The position numbers and the translations under genes are program-made. A stretch of 64,000 nucleotides of DNA from Antedon mediterranea (Eukaryota > Animalia > Echinodermata), in assembly GCF_964355755.1 (NCBI RefSeq), contig NC_092677.1, positions 4,300,101 through 4,364,100 of the forward strand, given 5' to 3'. The stretch's first letter is position 1. The number at the start of each line of letters is the position of its first letter. The notes beneath the pieces are model-generated. The model worked only from the letters and a program-made list of their open reading frames with translations. It was not told the origin of the DNA and did not search any database. This document shows positions 50,017 to 62,338 of this stretch, in pieces.

Positions 50017-53000
50017 TTCATAAGATGCAACCAGGGAAGAATTGTAATTTAACTCTTCGCTGATGCAACACAATTTCCCATTTTTGTGTATATATGGCCC
50101 AAGACTTAATTATATATTATGACGAGTAAATTATAGTTTATACGCAACAAGCACGTTTTTGTTGTTGCGTCTAGGTAGATTTCAAGGTAGTAGGGAGGTT
50201 TCGCAACCTTACGAATACGATAACGAAAACGGATACGTCATACATTTGTGAAACTTTTGAGCTGATCCCCATTTCATATTCGTAAAGCGTATTCGTGTTG
50301 ACGAATATCACCAATCATGTTCGTAACTACAAAACGAGTATAATTTTTGATCTATTTTGCACATTTTGCATTTGAATCTGGAATGATTCATGATTATAAT
50401 ATAATTATAGATTTATTGAATGTAATTTACTAAAGTAATTTACTAAAATGCCATGTCAATTTGATAAATAGCACTTTCTAAAGTCCTCACTCGCTTTGAT
50501 GTTACGCTAGGTCTAGGCAGCCGGCCAAGTACCTGCGCTTCGCTCAAATTTACCGCAGTCATATTTTGGACGCGCCTCAATATTTCGTTGCCATGCGAAA
50601 CAGATTTTTTATGGCTTACGAAAAGGAATACGTGTGCGTGACGTATCGTATTTCGTTATCGTATTCGTAAGATTCCGAAACCTCTCTAATGGCATCATAT
50701 GTCCTGGTAAATGATCGGTGTTGGACCTGTTGGTAACTATAAATAGAAGGTAGTCCATGTAGTATGTATAAACTAATTAAATGGAAACAGCCATAATTTT
50801 GTAAAACGGCGGCGTGTCGAGCAAAGCAAAAGTACTTTGATATTATATGATTGTAATTGATTGAGCTTGACAGTGATATGATTATTTAGAAAGATGCTAT
50901 ATACATAAATATTTTCCATTTCTTGGACTTGTAAATCTATTTATATGTCTCTTCAAAATATAAAAGACAAATAAATAAATAATAAATAAATAAATAATGC
51001 ATGTTGTGAAATTATGTACACTTCTGTATAAGCCTAGATAAAGCTATTTATATGTGTATTCAAAATATAAAACACAAATAAATAAACTAATAAATAAAAA
51101 ATGCATGTTTTGAAAGGTTTTAAAATAATGCACAGTTGGATTTACATTTTAACCAGCTTACTGTTAGTGTGTGGTTATTTATTAGCTATGATTAATAGAA
51201 TAAATAAAGATTGTAGCACGATATTCATTTACATAATTTACTCATTATGAATAAAAAATGAAAACCTTCATAAAATTATATTATTTCCCATGCGCGGATT
51301 GACAAAACAATTGAGTAAATAAATAGTAGGCGTGGTTTCCACTAATACGCAAATGACGTAGGCCTACAACGCAAGTAATAACAACAACTCATGTGATCTC
51401 TCGCTTGCGTGTATATGCGTTGCGTCCTACTTTAGAAATCATTTTGACTTAAATATCAACGACTAGGCACTGAGAAAAAAATATAACAAGTATTCGAACA
51501 TCGACATTTAAATAACCTTGCTGTAAATTGAAAACATTATTACGTTAATTAAAACCAGAATCGTGTTTTCATTTAGGTATTGTATTGTGAATCACATAAA
51601 GAAAGTACATTTTTATAGTAATATAATAGTAATAAGAACAATTACATATTGATAGCCAATATGCTTTACACTCTCAAATGGAAAAATCGATCGGATTTGG
51701 AATGAATATCGTCCTAAATAATGTTACAATAACCGAAAGACGCTCATTCTATCACCAACTAACACTGCATTGTCGTCGTGAGTAAACAATGTCGGACTTG
51801 TGATCAAGTTGAGATTTTGTATCAGTATTTGCATTTCCGCGCTCATATACGGAAGAAGTACCACAAACTGGCAAGCTACGCGGGAACGAATTTACTAACA
51901 AATATTTTCGTAATACGTACATCCACGCGCGCATAATTCAGAAACTTATCCGAGATCAAGATTGATGCAAGAATATTAGGAAACGATTCGATGTTGTCAT
52001 TGAGAACATGTCTCAAGAAGAAGAGGAAACTGTACTTGGAATAAGTCGAAATTTCGGAGAAAACACTTCTTCACATGGTATACCACGGATAGTAGCGTCA
52101 AAATCGTATTCTCTTGGCAGGCCTATGTCCTCATCGATACATACTTCAAGTTTGAAGTTTCTATCAAAGTAAGTTAAGAACGTATCTATCATTTAATTTT
52201 ACAAAGAAAATTTAAGAAAACAAGCTTACTGATGGCTACACAAATCATTCCAATCAAAGAATGTTTATATTTTTATAACTAATTTAGAAATCACATCCAC
52301 ACGGCCAATCGTAGACTTTTCGATGTTTGTCTGAAATAAAAGCTCAAGTAGTATACGTATGAAACGCCATATGTGCCAAAATATTAATCTTTTTACTAAT
52401 AATTAAGTCAAAAGGCCTCGTTAAAAGTGATTAGGAATTAAATTGTAACTTTTGACTTACAGTATTTCCATTTTTGTTTAAACTAATATAGCAATTACCG
52501 AAAATTAGGCATAATGAAAATAATAATTATAACAGAAAAAATTAATAAAACGAATATTTCTTGCTTTGCTTTTATTTATTTTTGTCAGTACGTCGTTGAA
52601 AACTCAGACGCCAGACCCTTGCAATTTCCCGCCGTTACCTTATGCAATACGAATCAAGTTCGCCGGTCTGTTTTGGCGTTACGTCATGAGTATGAGATAC
52701 TATCGTCCATTGAAGACTACACATATAGTTTGCTATATTATGGTAATAATGTTTTAGTTAATAATGTTGCGTCGTCAGAAGATTTCCCTGATATGTAGGC
52801 ATACCGTAGTGCAAGATAAGGGGGTCGTAGTGGGAGATGAGAGAATTACAATGAATGCAATATACCGGTTTGTGACCATGTAAAGCTTATTTCGGCGTTT
52901 TTAAAATGATGGTCAAAAAGGTTTTTTATCTGCATTTATCTCTCCTTAAATAATATGGTCTGCACTAATTCTGTCCTCTAATTCTGCTTCTCTTTGACTC

Positions 53001-56000
53001 TGTCCATTCTGTAGGCTACCTAGCCCTGTCTCTATCCATTCTGTAGGCTACCTACCTAGCCCTGTCTCTGTCCATTCTGTAGGCTACCTAGCCCTGTTTC
53101 TGTCCATTCTGTAGGCTACCTAGCCCTGTCTCTCTGTCCATTCTGTAGGCTACCTGAATGGTTCTTTTGCTTTCCTATCGTTCTTTTGACAGTTTATTCG
53201 GTATGTACAGATGTATTCAATAGATTTACAGCATTTTATATTATAAATGCTTCCGCAGCTCCATGTAAGGATGATGATTTTCATTGCGACAACAATAAGT
53301 GTGTTAAAGACTACACAGGGTGTGCAATGGTATTGATGATTGTGGTGATAAGTCAGATGAACAAAACTACTGTCTACCTAAAGGTAAGTATTGGAATTTT
53401 TATCCACCCGTAAAATGATGGAACACACGAGTATTATTGATAATTTAGTAATAATTATCACCACCGCCATTTTTGTCTTTCTGTAATGGCGCTAGTTACA
53501 ATCCGTTATGCATGAGTAATTAATGAATGACGTAATGCATAAACGGGCAAAGGTAAGTAAGTTTGTAAAATGATGGAACGCGTGGGTATTAGGCATATAT
53601 TTGAAAATTTAAAGTAATAATTATTACCAATCATTATTATTTTTATTTTGCATAAATATATTTTGGATTGTTTTATATACAGTTCCGTGTCGATCTGGGT
53701 ACAGGAGGTGTCAAATGGGAGGAGAATCCGGTTATTGTATTAGCGAAGACAGATGGTGTGACAGAAATATAGATTGTTACGATGGAGAAGACGAAGAATG
53801 TTCAGCAGATGACAGTGAGTAGAATCGGACATACCAAAGCTATTTCAGTTTAAGGGAGAAAACAAAAATTCAAACAGCAATACATATTATAATAAAAAAC
53901 TATTTTAATAAGCAGCTGCTTGTCTGTTAAATTGCCATTTATAAGCATGGTTACCTATTGGGGAAAGTATTAGGTCTATACGTATTGATATGTACTTACA
54001 ATTGCCAACTAACCACTGAGAGTTCATTGATGATTCGGCCAGTTAAAAACAGGCTTATAATGTATATATTTCAGTTAAGTGCAAGGAGGATGAATTTTCA
54101 TGTAAAAGCGGGGTAGAGGCGTCTTTTGAAACCGAATTTGTTGAAAAATATGTAACTAAGTATTGCATTAGTGCCAAGCTAAAATGTGATGGTATTAGAC
54201 ATTGTGCGAATGATGCTGACGAAGCAAATTGTCCAGGTGATGTAATTTGTGTATGTTCAAAATATCGGTATTTATTAATAGCGCTTGTATAAATGCACCG
54301 AAACCATAACAATACAATATAAACGCTCTACTTTACATTTTTGGTAGGCCTATTAATGTATAATTTATGCATCCTCAACATAACCCAGGACCTCCTGGTA
54401 TAGGAAAAATGGTTCTTGGGACAGGAGCTGTAAGTGGTAGGCCTAGATAAAATGTCACTGCCAATCTAGTACAAATTGATACTCGTTGTTTTTGTAGCAG
54501 GACAATGTAATGAGAATGAATTTACATGTGGAAACATCATTTGCATCCCGAATGATTATAAGTGCGACGGGTTTTGTGACTGCGCAGACTGCAGGGACGA
54601 GTCTTCAGACATAGTTTGTGTATTTACGTGCAGGAATGGTAAACATATTCCAAAAGAGGAAACGTGCGATTATAAAAAACCAATGCGGTGATAACAGCGA
54701 TGAAGAGGGTTGTACGAATTTTCAAAGTACAGTAATTTTACTTTTATTAAACATTTATTTAGAGACTGATACAAAATACATTAATGAATGAATCTATTGA
54801 TTGATTCAAAGAATGACTGGTAGATCTTCATAGATCTACCACTATCACCGACACAATTCTAAGCAATACACACATTATCAATTATCCTATACATTTAATT
54901 TTTCCCTATATGTTGATCTTCAATTTCTTTTGAAAGTTTAAGTTAGCCTACTTAGGTAATATTTGTTTTCAAATAAATGACATAAGTATAAATTAAAGTA
55001 ATGGCTTTTAAGAAGTGTTACTTTTTTTCTCCTTACAGGTTGCAATGAAGAGTTTGAATTTCAGTGTGATAATAAGCAGTGTATTGACAAGGCTTACATT
55101 TGTAACGATATAGAAGACTGTTATGATTATAGTGATGAACGTTCATGTAAGTTATTTTTAATCTGTTAGCCTGTGTGTCCTATGACTGTGTTAAACATGT
55201 AATGACAAATGTGTTTGTTTCATTGGTATTTACTCTCAACATTATGCTTCATTTGATTTTAGGTAATTGCTCAAGATTTCTTTGTAATAACAAGAAATGT
55301 GTTAACATTTACGCTGATTGTAACGGATTAGACGAATGCGGGGATGGCTCTGATGAAATGTTGTGTAATGATACAGGTTTGTGTAGTCTTTCTACACCAA
55401 TTTGGTCAAACTCGGCCCTAAACCAACTCGGCTCTTATCAACTCGGCTCCAAGTCTCGGTCTCAAATTAACACTTCTCAAGCCAACTCGACCCCTTGTCA
55501 ACTCGGCCCCCAAGTCAAATTGGCCACAAACTATTCTGTCTTAATGAAGTGATTAATTAAGATTTTGAAGCAAATAAAATTATTTTCGGCAGTTGTATCA
55601 AGGTATTGACAATTCGGCAAGTGATGTTAGATTTAAATTTATATATTTATATTATTATATATGTATTAGGCCTATAACTTAAGTAATTTTTTTGTAGGAA
55701 TTCATTATCAAACACACGATCCTTCAAACTGGACGGATGACTGGTTTTTGCAATACGTAGACAAATTAGACATAGGTTTTGATATAACTACAGCAGTAAA
55801 ATTGTTTAAACAAAACTTTAAAAATTGGGGATTTGAACGAGTTTCAGGAGAGTTTCCACCAGACTGGATTAGATTCCTTGTCTTCAGTAGCACGGCAGAC
55901 TATAGCGACCTACAGAATGTTCTAAAACTTACCCAAGAAGAATTATTGGAACTAGGACATCAGGCTCAGCAGATGATTTTACAGTATACTTATGCTGGTA

Positions 56001-56531
56001 CGAAATGTGATATTGAAAAGTACGTGATACTTACAAAAACACCCAGTTTTTGACGAAACTGAAATATTTAAAAATAATTATAAAAAATAAATATAAACAA
56101 GTTTGTGTTTCAGTTTTATTTTTTTCATTTTTCATTTCTAAAATATTATGTAAATGGAAATGATAACCAACAATATCAAAGCCTGTACACAGTTTATCAA
56201 ATTTAAATAGAAGACAATTTAAAAGACAATAAAATGTTCAAACATGACATTACAGTCAAAATCTGAAACAAAATATGTTGGTGAAACTAGACTGTGGTTT
56301 ACATATAAATAGATTAATTCCACAAAACACAAAGCAATATATTTGTTGTGACTAGTAGTGACAGGCCTGATCGCAAATGAATTCCTTATTTGATTTCAGG
56401 GATTTTCATCTATTTAAGCATGACAAATACGGTAACTGCTATACATTTAATAGTCTTCTTTCCCTTTTCAGGGAATTTATTGGTTCAAAATATATTGGCT
56501 TTTGGCCCTAATACAAACAAATAAAAATTAA

Positions 56532-59500
56532 CTATAACTTAAGATAATGGTTTCTTCTTTCAAAAGCAAAGTAGACGTATTTTCCTAAATTATAAGTAAA
56601 ATTTGTGTTGGAAAGTAATAAACAAAGCTTATTAATAGAAAGAAAAACACGAATAAATCTTGGAATAAAACTTTTTCTTAAATCATTGTAAAATGTGCAT
56701 TGCAAAATAAAATGATATTCATCCTCAACAATGTTCTTTTTACATAATTTACACGTTCTCTTATATCTTTCTACACCCTCCCATCTGCCCTTTTCAATTT
56801 CTAGCTCTAATATCCCTAAACGTAACTTAGTTAATAATCTTCTTTGTTTAAAATTAATGATGTTGGTCAAGTGATAACTTAAACATATTTCTTTTTTATA
56901 AAGAGAAAAGAGCCTTAACTTATTATGTAAACTAAATTTTTGAATGCATTTTTGTTTTTCAATATCACATAAGCGCAACTTAAATTCTCTCAAAAATAAA
57001 CCTTTACTATTAACATATTGTTGTAACCATATATAACCAAAAGCAGTAGAAAAGAGTAAGTGTTTGACCTGTTGTGCCCAACAATTCTCATTACGGTTAA
57101 CTTTTCTAAGTTGAAATTCATAACACTTAAAAATGAATCTGTCATGATCTAAAGTAATAATGTGTAACCAAAATCTTATAACTGTAACTAAACAATCCAC
57201 AGAAAGTGGTAATCTACCTAACTCAGAAGTAACAGCGGCATTTGGTGCATTTTTTCCAACTTGCAATAAATATCTACAAAATTTAGTGTGTGTTTTTTCT
57301 ATAATGTTTGTGCTATCTGACATTCCCCAGATTTCGCTTCCATACGTTAAAATAGGAAGTATTTTCACATCAAAGATATGGTTCCATGTATTAATTGGAA
57401 GAAAAGATAAGTTACGATAAATGAATGATTTTAAGCAGAATAAACTTTGATTTGCTTTTTGTTGATTATGTTGCATTGAGTTGTTCCATGCACCATTTGA
57501 ACTAAAAATAACACCAAGATAATTATACGAATTAACAATTTTTAATTGAATATTTTTATACTTCCATTTTTCAATGTTCCTTAAATTGCGGCCATTTTTA
57601 AAAACCATAATTTTGGATTTTGTAGTGTTTACAGTAAGTTTCCAAGTATCACAATAAAGTTCAAGTTTATTTATTAATTTTTGGAGACCTTTCACCGTAT
57701 CACTAACAAGCACTAAGTCATCTGCATAAAGAAGATGATTCATATGACAATCTCCAATTTGAATGAAATCGTTTACCTGATTAAGTATACCACTCAAATC
57801 ATTAATGTAAATATTAAAGAGTAAAGACGACAACGGAGAACCTTGTTGTACTCCAATCGAACAATTAAAAGATGGACTAAGTTTGTTGCCAATTTTAACA
57901 TGAGCAGATAAGTTTTGGTATAAGGAATTTATTATGTGTAACATTCTGCCTGAAACACCGATACATTTCAACTTATGTAGTAAAAGTGTATGATTTATAG
58001 AGTCAAAGGCACGTTTAAGATCAACAAAACAAACAAAAATCCTACCCCGCTTTTTATCTAAGTATTTAGAGATGAGGGTATCTAAAATGAATATATTATC
58101 TGTCGTTCTATATCCCTTACGAAAGCCTGCTTGTTCCTCATGAATTAACTTTTTACTATTTGTAAATTGTGTTAACCTAGAATTAAGAATATTTAAAAAT
58201 ATTTTTCCTAGGATTGGAATTAAAGAAATACCTCTATAATTTTCAGGTTTGTTTTTATCTCCATTTTTAAAAATTGGAACGATTAAGCTTGTTGCCCATT
58301 GTTTGGGAAATTTTTCAACTAAAAATATGGCGTTAAAAAGAATTTTTAAAATATCAAAAATAATGTTGGGGGCGTTTAGCAAAAATTCAAAATTCATTCC
58401 ATCAATGCCGGGAGCTTTTCCACTATTTTGAGAATTAAATGCTTTTTTTATTTCATCCAACGTTATGTCGTGGTCTAAATAATCATCGTCTTCATTCTGT
58501 TGGCATTCTGTGATTTTTGGCAACTCAGCGCTACCAATAGACTCATCGTTTTTAAATAGGTTCTTAAAATGAATATAACATTGATTAATAGAAAGTTCGC
58601 AAGATAATTTCTGTTTTGTCTTCAACTTCATCCAAAACGTTTTGCTATCCTTTGTATTGAGTGAATCGATAATTTGTTTGCGTATTCTTTTATGAAAGTT
58701 ATTTTTTTTGCATTTTAATAGCGATTTATATTGCTTTTTTATCTGAATATAATTATTTAAAAAAGGTTGAGTGCGCATAATTCTAAATCTCTTTAATGAC
58801 TGTTTAACCTGCATTTTAAGGTTCTTACAATCTTTATCAAACCATTCGTTTCGTTTTGTAGAAGTTGAAGATTTACTTGTTTGTGTATACTTAATTCCTT
58901 TACATACGTATTCAAAAATTTTACATAAATGTGAAACTGCCTCATCAATTTTATTTTGAGAGATAGCATTCATAAAATCATTATCAATAGTTTCAATGAT
59001 ATCATGTTCCCATCTGACTTTGGATGCATTAATGTAACTGTTGGACCATTTGAACGTACTCTGGGTAAACGTGTCATCTTCATTGACAATCATTTTGGTG
59101 TGTTCTTTGTCTTTGAATTGAATACTAAAGGCAATTGGCATATGATCCGATTCAACACGGTCATCAATTCTTAAATAAGATATTAGTTTAAAGTTGTTTG
59201 AGTTAGTAAGAAGGTAATCACATACACTTTTACCTTGTGAACTGATAAATGTAAAACCACTGGATGATTCTTTATCAATTCTACCATTTGTGATTCGCAT
59301 ACCAGTTTCTTTGCAAAATTCTAATATATCTTTACCGTAGCAATTTAGTATACAATCAGAATTCGTTCTACTTTCAATCCGGATGTTGTCTTCCAGAAAA
59401 AGATTATTGTTCCATGTGTCATTTTCGTCAGCAGATATGTAATCGTCCTCCGAACCAGTTCTACCATTAAAGTCGCCAACTACATATACTATGTCTGATA

Positions 59501-59921
59501 TTTGGGAGCTGTAATGCAAATATTCGTTAGATAAAATGTCAAAAAAGTCAGTTGTCGCGTAACTGGATGTACTTGGTGGTCTATACAAAAAACCGATTAC
59601 AACAGTGTCGGTTGGGGATAGAGTAATCCTTAACCAAATAATGTTATTCGATGCACTTGGCAGTTCTTCAACGACGAGATTTAATTTATAATATACCATT
59701 ACGCCTCCACTATTTCTTCCATGTCGACTTGTTTTATCTGGTAATTTTGATATGCAAGTAAAACCTTTAATATTGTAATCGTTCCGATATTTATCCCATG
59801 TTTCACTAAAACAAATTATGTCAAATTTGTTAACATACTCAATAAAGTCAGAATCAGCGAATTTGTTATTAATACCATTAATATTCCAAGAAATACAATC
59901 AATGTGTTTAGTGACTTTCAA
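56532..59921 (-). CDS. LINE ORF2: AP endonuclease, reverse transcriptase and C-terminal CCHC, 1129 aa, uninterrupted
   Basis: Endonuclease motifs SWNING, SETW, GDFN, CDY, SDH. RT motifs KAPGIDG, YRGISL, QAGFR, FVDLKRAFD, GVQQGSPLS, LYADD, YLG. Zinc knuckle CKLCKKNIVEDEYHFILQC. The listed start is TTG, not ATG. Confidence 0.95.
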   Translation of the reverse strand: MKVTKHIDCISWNINGINNKFADSDFIEYVNKFDIICFSETWDKYRNDYNIKGFTCISKLPDKTSRHGRNSGGVMVYYKLNLVVEELPSASNNIIWLRITLSPTDTVVIGFLYRPPSTSSYATTDFFDILSNEYLHYSSQISDIVYVVGDFNGRTGSEDDYISADENDTWNNNLFLEDNIRIESRTNSDCILNCYGKDILEFCKETGMRITNGRIDKESSSGFTFISSQGKSVCDYLLTNSNNFKLISYLRIDDRVESDHMPIAFSIQFKDKEHTKMIVNEDDTFTQSTFKWSNSYINASKVRWEHDIIETIDNDFMNAISQNKIDEAVSHLCKIFEYVCKGIKYTQTSKSSTSTKRNEWFDKDCKNLKMQVKQSLKRFRIMRTQPFLNNYIQIKKQYKSLLKCKKNNFHKRIRKQIIDSLNTKDSKTFWMKLKTKQKLSCELSINQCYIHFKNLFKNDESIGSAELPKITECQQNEDDDYLDHDITLDEIKKAFNSQNSGKAPGIDGMNFEFLLNAPNIIFDILKILFNAIFLVEKFPKQWATSLIVPIFKNGDKNKPENYRGISLIPILGKIFLNILNSRLTQFTNSKKLIHEEQAGFRKGYRTTDNIFILDTLISKYLDKKRGRIFVCFVDLKRAFDSINHTLLLHKLKCIGVSGRMLHIINSLYQNLSAHVKIGNKLSPSFNCSIGVQQGSPLSSLLFNIYINDLSGILNQVNDFIQIGDCHMNHLLYADDLVLVSDTVKGLQKLINKLELYCDTWKLTVNTTKSKIMVFKNGRNLRNIEKWKYKNIQLKIVNSYNYLGVIFSSNGAWNNSMQHNQQKANQSLFCLKSFIYRNLSFLPINTWNHIFDVKILPILTYGSEIWGMSDSTNIIEKTHTKFCRYLLQVGKNAPNAAVTSELGRLPLSVDCLVTVIRFWLHIITLDHDRFIFKCYEFQLRKVNRNENCWAQQVKHLLFSTAFGYIWLQQYVNSKGLFLREFKLRLCDIEKQKCIQKFSLHNKLRLFSLYKKEICLSYHLTNIINFKQRRLLTKLRLGILELEIEKGRWEGVERYKRTCKLCKKNIVEDEYHFILQCTFYNDLRKSFIPRFIRVFLSINKLCLLLSNTNFTYNLGKYVYFAFERRNHYLKL

Positions 59922-59963
59922 AGATGGTTCAGATTGTTCTTCATTAGGACCACGGCCAAAACC

Positions 59964-60371
59964 CTATTTTGTGAGGTTTATGATTTTGTTGTCTTCTACG
60001 TTGAATGTATATACTTCGTCGCCTATAAACAGCTTATCATATCTGAGCCGAAAACGATCGTTGTTTTTGATTGCTTGTTGTATCCTTGGTTGTAGGCCTT
60101 TTCTAATTTTACGGACTCTGAAAGTATAATCTTCACCCATGTTAATTTTTGATTTATTTCCAGTCATTTTCCTTTTGAGTGCTCTATTTTTGGACATTAT
60201 TTCATCTTTTTGTTTGTAGCTAGTAAGTTTTGCTATGATTGGTCGTGGGTTACTTTTGCTGTGCAATCTATGCGCTCTCTCGAAAGCGACCTCTTCGATT
60301 TCTAAATTTGTTGTTATATAATCCTTTACCTTTCGTTCGCAGTCAAGCCACGTTTCATTTCTATCATCTTT
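59964..60371 (-). CDS. LINE ORF1, C-terminal part (5'-truncated), L1-ORF1-like RRM/CTD region
   Basis: Open from the insertion edge: KDDRNETWLDCERKVKDYI...FERAHRLHSKSNPRPIIAKL...EDYT...RYDKLFI...TK*. RAHR and PRPII motifs are typical of this ORF1 type. Confidence 0.8.
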   Translation of the reverse strand, partial: KDDRNETWLDCERKVKDYITTNLEIEEVAFERAHRLHSKSNPRPIIAKLTSYKQKDEIMSKNRALKRKMTGNKSKINMGEDYTFRVRKIRKGLQPRIQQAIKNNDRFRLRYDKLFIGDEVYTFNVEDNKIINLTK

Positions 60372-62338
60372 CCATAAGGTGGAAAATGCGATAGTTCACA
60401 ATGTAACACAACCAGGTGCCGAAAAGGGTTAGTTGATTATCCGATTATAAGAATTGTTTCAAAAGATTTTAAAAAGATCCAAAGTGTATGTATAATTATA
60501 ACGAACAAAACATTTAGATTCTATTCGTAATTTGAATATATTACGTGCGTTTATGTTGGGTATTTTGTGATCGATATCCTTATTCATTCATTTTATTTAA
60601 TACCTATTTACTGTTTGATGATAAAGGTTTATGGCTAACGCTGTACACAGAACAACATGAATATGTTAGTATCTTCGGACAAGATAGTGGCATCAAAGTG
60701 TTGGTGCATAATCAATTTGAAACACCGTTTCCAGAAGAAAATGCCATCACCGTCTCACCAGGCAGAGCTACGTCATTAGGCATCAAAAGGGTAAACATCA
60801 TCTTTCTCATCCGTGGCAGAAAGTTTTTCTTCATACCATTTGGACAACATAGGACATACTACCTAAAATCGTGACTGAAAAACATGACTGTCAAGAAAAG
60901 AGCGAGGAAGCGAGCCCCAACGTCCCCGCATGCGCACAGTGAATTAAAACGACTTATGTAACCTTAGCTTCTAGATCTTCTGTAGCTCCTTATAATATTA
61001 AGATTGATACACCTTTTTTCAAATTACCTTCGAAGTTCTACAGAAAGTCAAACAATATTTTTGTTTACAGCACGAACTGATTCGGAAAGGCCAGCCATAT
61101 GGTAACTGTATAGGTGAAGATGCAAGAGTGAAGAACTTGATTTACAAGGGAGACACAGTGTACACAGCTACTGTAAATATAACTATATCATTCATGTTTA
61201 TTCTAAAGCACACCTTTTGAACGCCATTAAATGATTTTAAAACTGGAAATTAACCAAAACACGCGTTGCAGCATTTACATCGTTTAGTTGTCTTGCCTGA
61301 ACTCTACTGTTATAACAGGCCTAAGCAGCATATATCTTTGTTAAAAATAATATACTTATTTTTATAATTGCTGTAAATGGTAGGCATACGTCACAATTTG
61401 TATTAATATGTGTATAGTCATCGTTATCACCATCTTCTTCATACAACACCAACATGAGCACATCATTACCTTAATTTTAATTGATTTTCTATAGGCTTGC
61501 CAAAAATCGTGTTTACAACTAAAGTTACTAGAAGTTTGCAACTGTGTGGACACATTGCGTTATAATGGTTCCCGGCGTTGCCAACTACTGGATCTTGAAC
61601 AAGGCTAGTTTAAACAATAATTAACACCTTAAAGCCTGTTTTCAACTAAGAGAGTATTCGTTTGAATCGAAAGTACTCATTATTCAGATTCCAAATCACT
61701 TTATGCGACGAATTCTATAGTTCCTTGAGTTCATTGAACTGTTTGAACTAGAATTCGCAGAAAAAGTATTTGTAAGATGCAAATACACATGTGCATTAAT
61801 AACAATAATACTTCATTCATAAACACTCATTCCGTTAGCCGAGGAGTAAGCACATTTTAGGCCTAATTGCTATTTTTCAAAATCTCAACATATTCCATTA
61901 TTACCTATTAAAACATTGATATACAATATGAATACTGGATCCAAACGCGCTGTTTTCCTTTTTATTTGCAGTAAAATATTATATTTTTAAGGTCTATACA
62001 TTTTGTTTTACCAATAGAACGCTGCCGCCAATTTGTGAATTATCTTCATTCTCAATATGTGATGCAATGTGATTGCCCAGTTGCTTGTCAGTAAGTTAAA
62101 CTCGCCTCTGGTGATAACACTATGTTGAATTGAATTATAGTTATCACAAATTAAACAATATCATTGTACTGAAACGTATGGCATATTATGTAGGTGAGGT
62201 CCTCTAATAATTCCTATTTTTGTTATTTTTAGTGGAATTACATAATGAAAAGACCGTATCACAATCACTTTGGCCTTCTGACAGATATGTGGTAGGTTTG
62301 CTGGTGGTTCTTCGTGCGAAGTATTTAATAATACAGTA

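Larger units (their letters stand above)
56456..60372 (-). mobile_element. 5'-truncated non-LTR retrotransposon (APE-RT-CCHC, tentatively RTE-X-like), ~3.9 kb, inserted in exon 10 of B2
   Basis: Interrupts tttaatagtc|ataaggtgg (empty site at ~35595-35610). No clear TSD or poly(A). Short 3' UTR with aataaa. Intact ORF2 and partial ORF1. Clade assignment is uncertain. Confidence 0.93.
52008..62291 (+). pseudogene. DEG/ENaC-LDLa channel copy B2, heavily disabled; exons 16-18 not in window
   Basis: 49-bp deletion in exon 1 (removes part of TM1, ~52110). +2 frameshift in exon 3 (gactacacaggg). +1 A in exon 6 (~54680). LINE in exon 10. +1 insertion giving TAA in exon 15 (~62243). Confidence 0.9.

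Noticed and set aside
57160-60129. Plus-strand ORFs of 60-103 aa
   Set aside because: Antisense shadows of LINE ORF2/ORF1 with no independent motifs.
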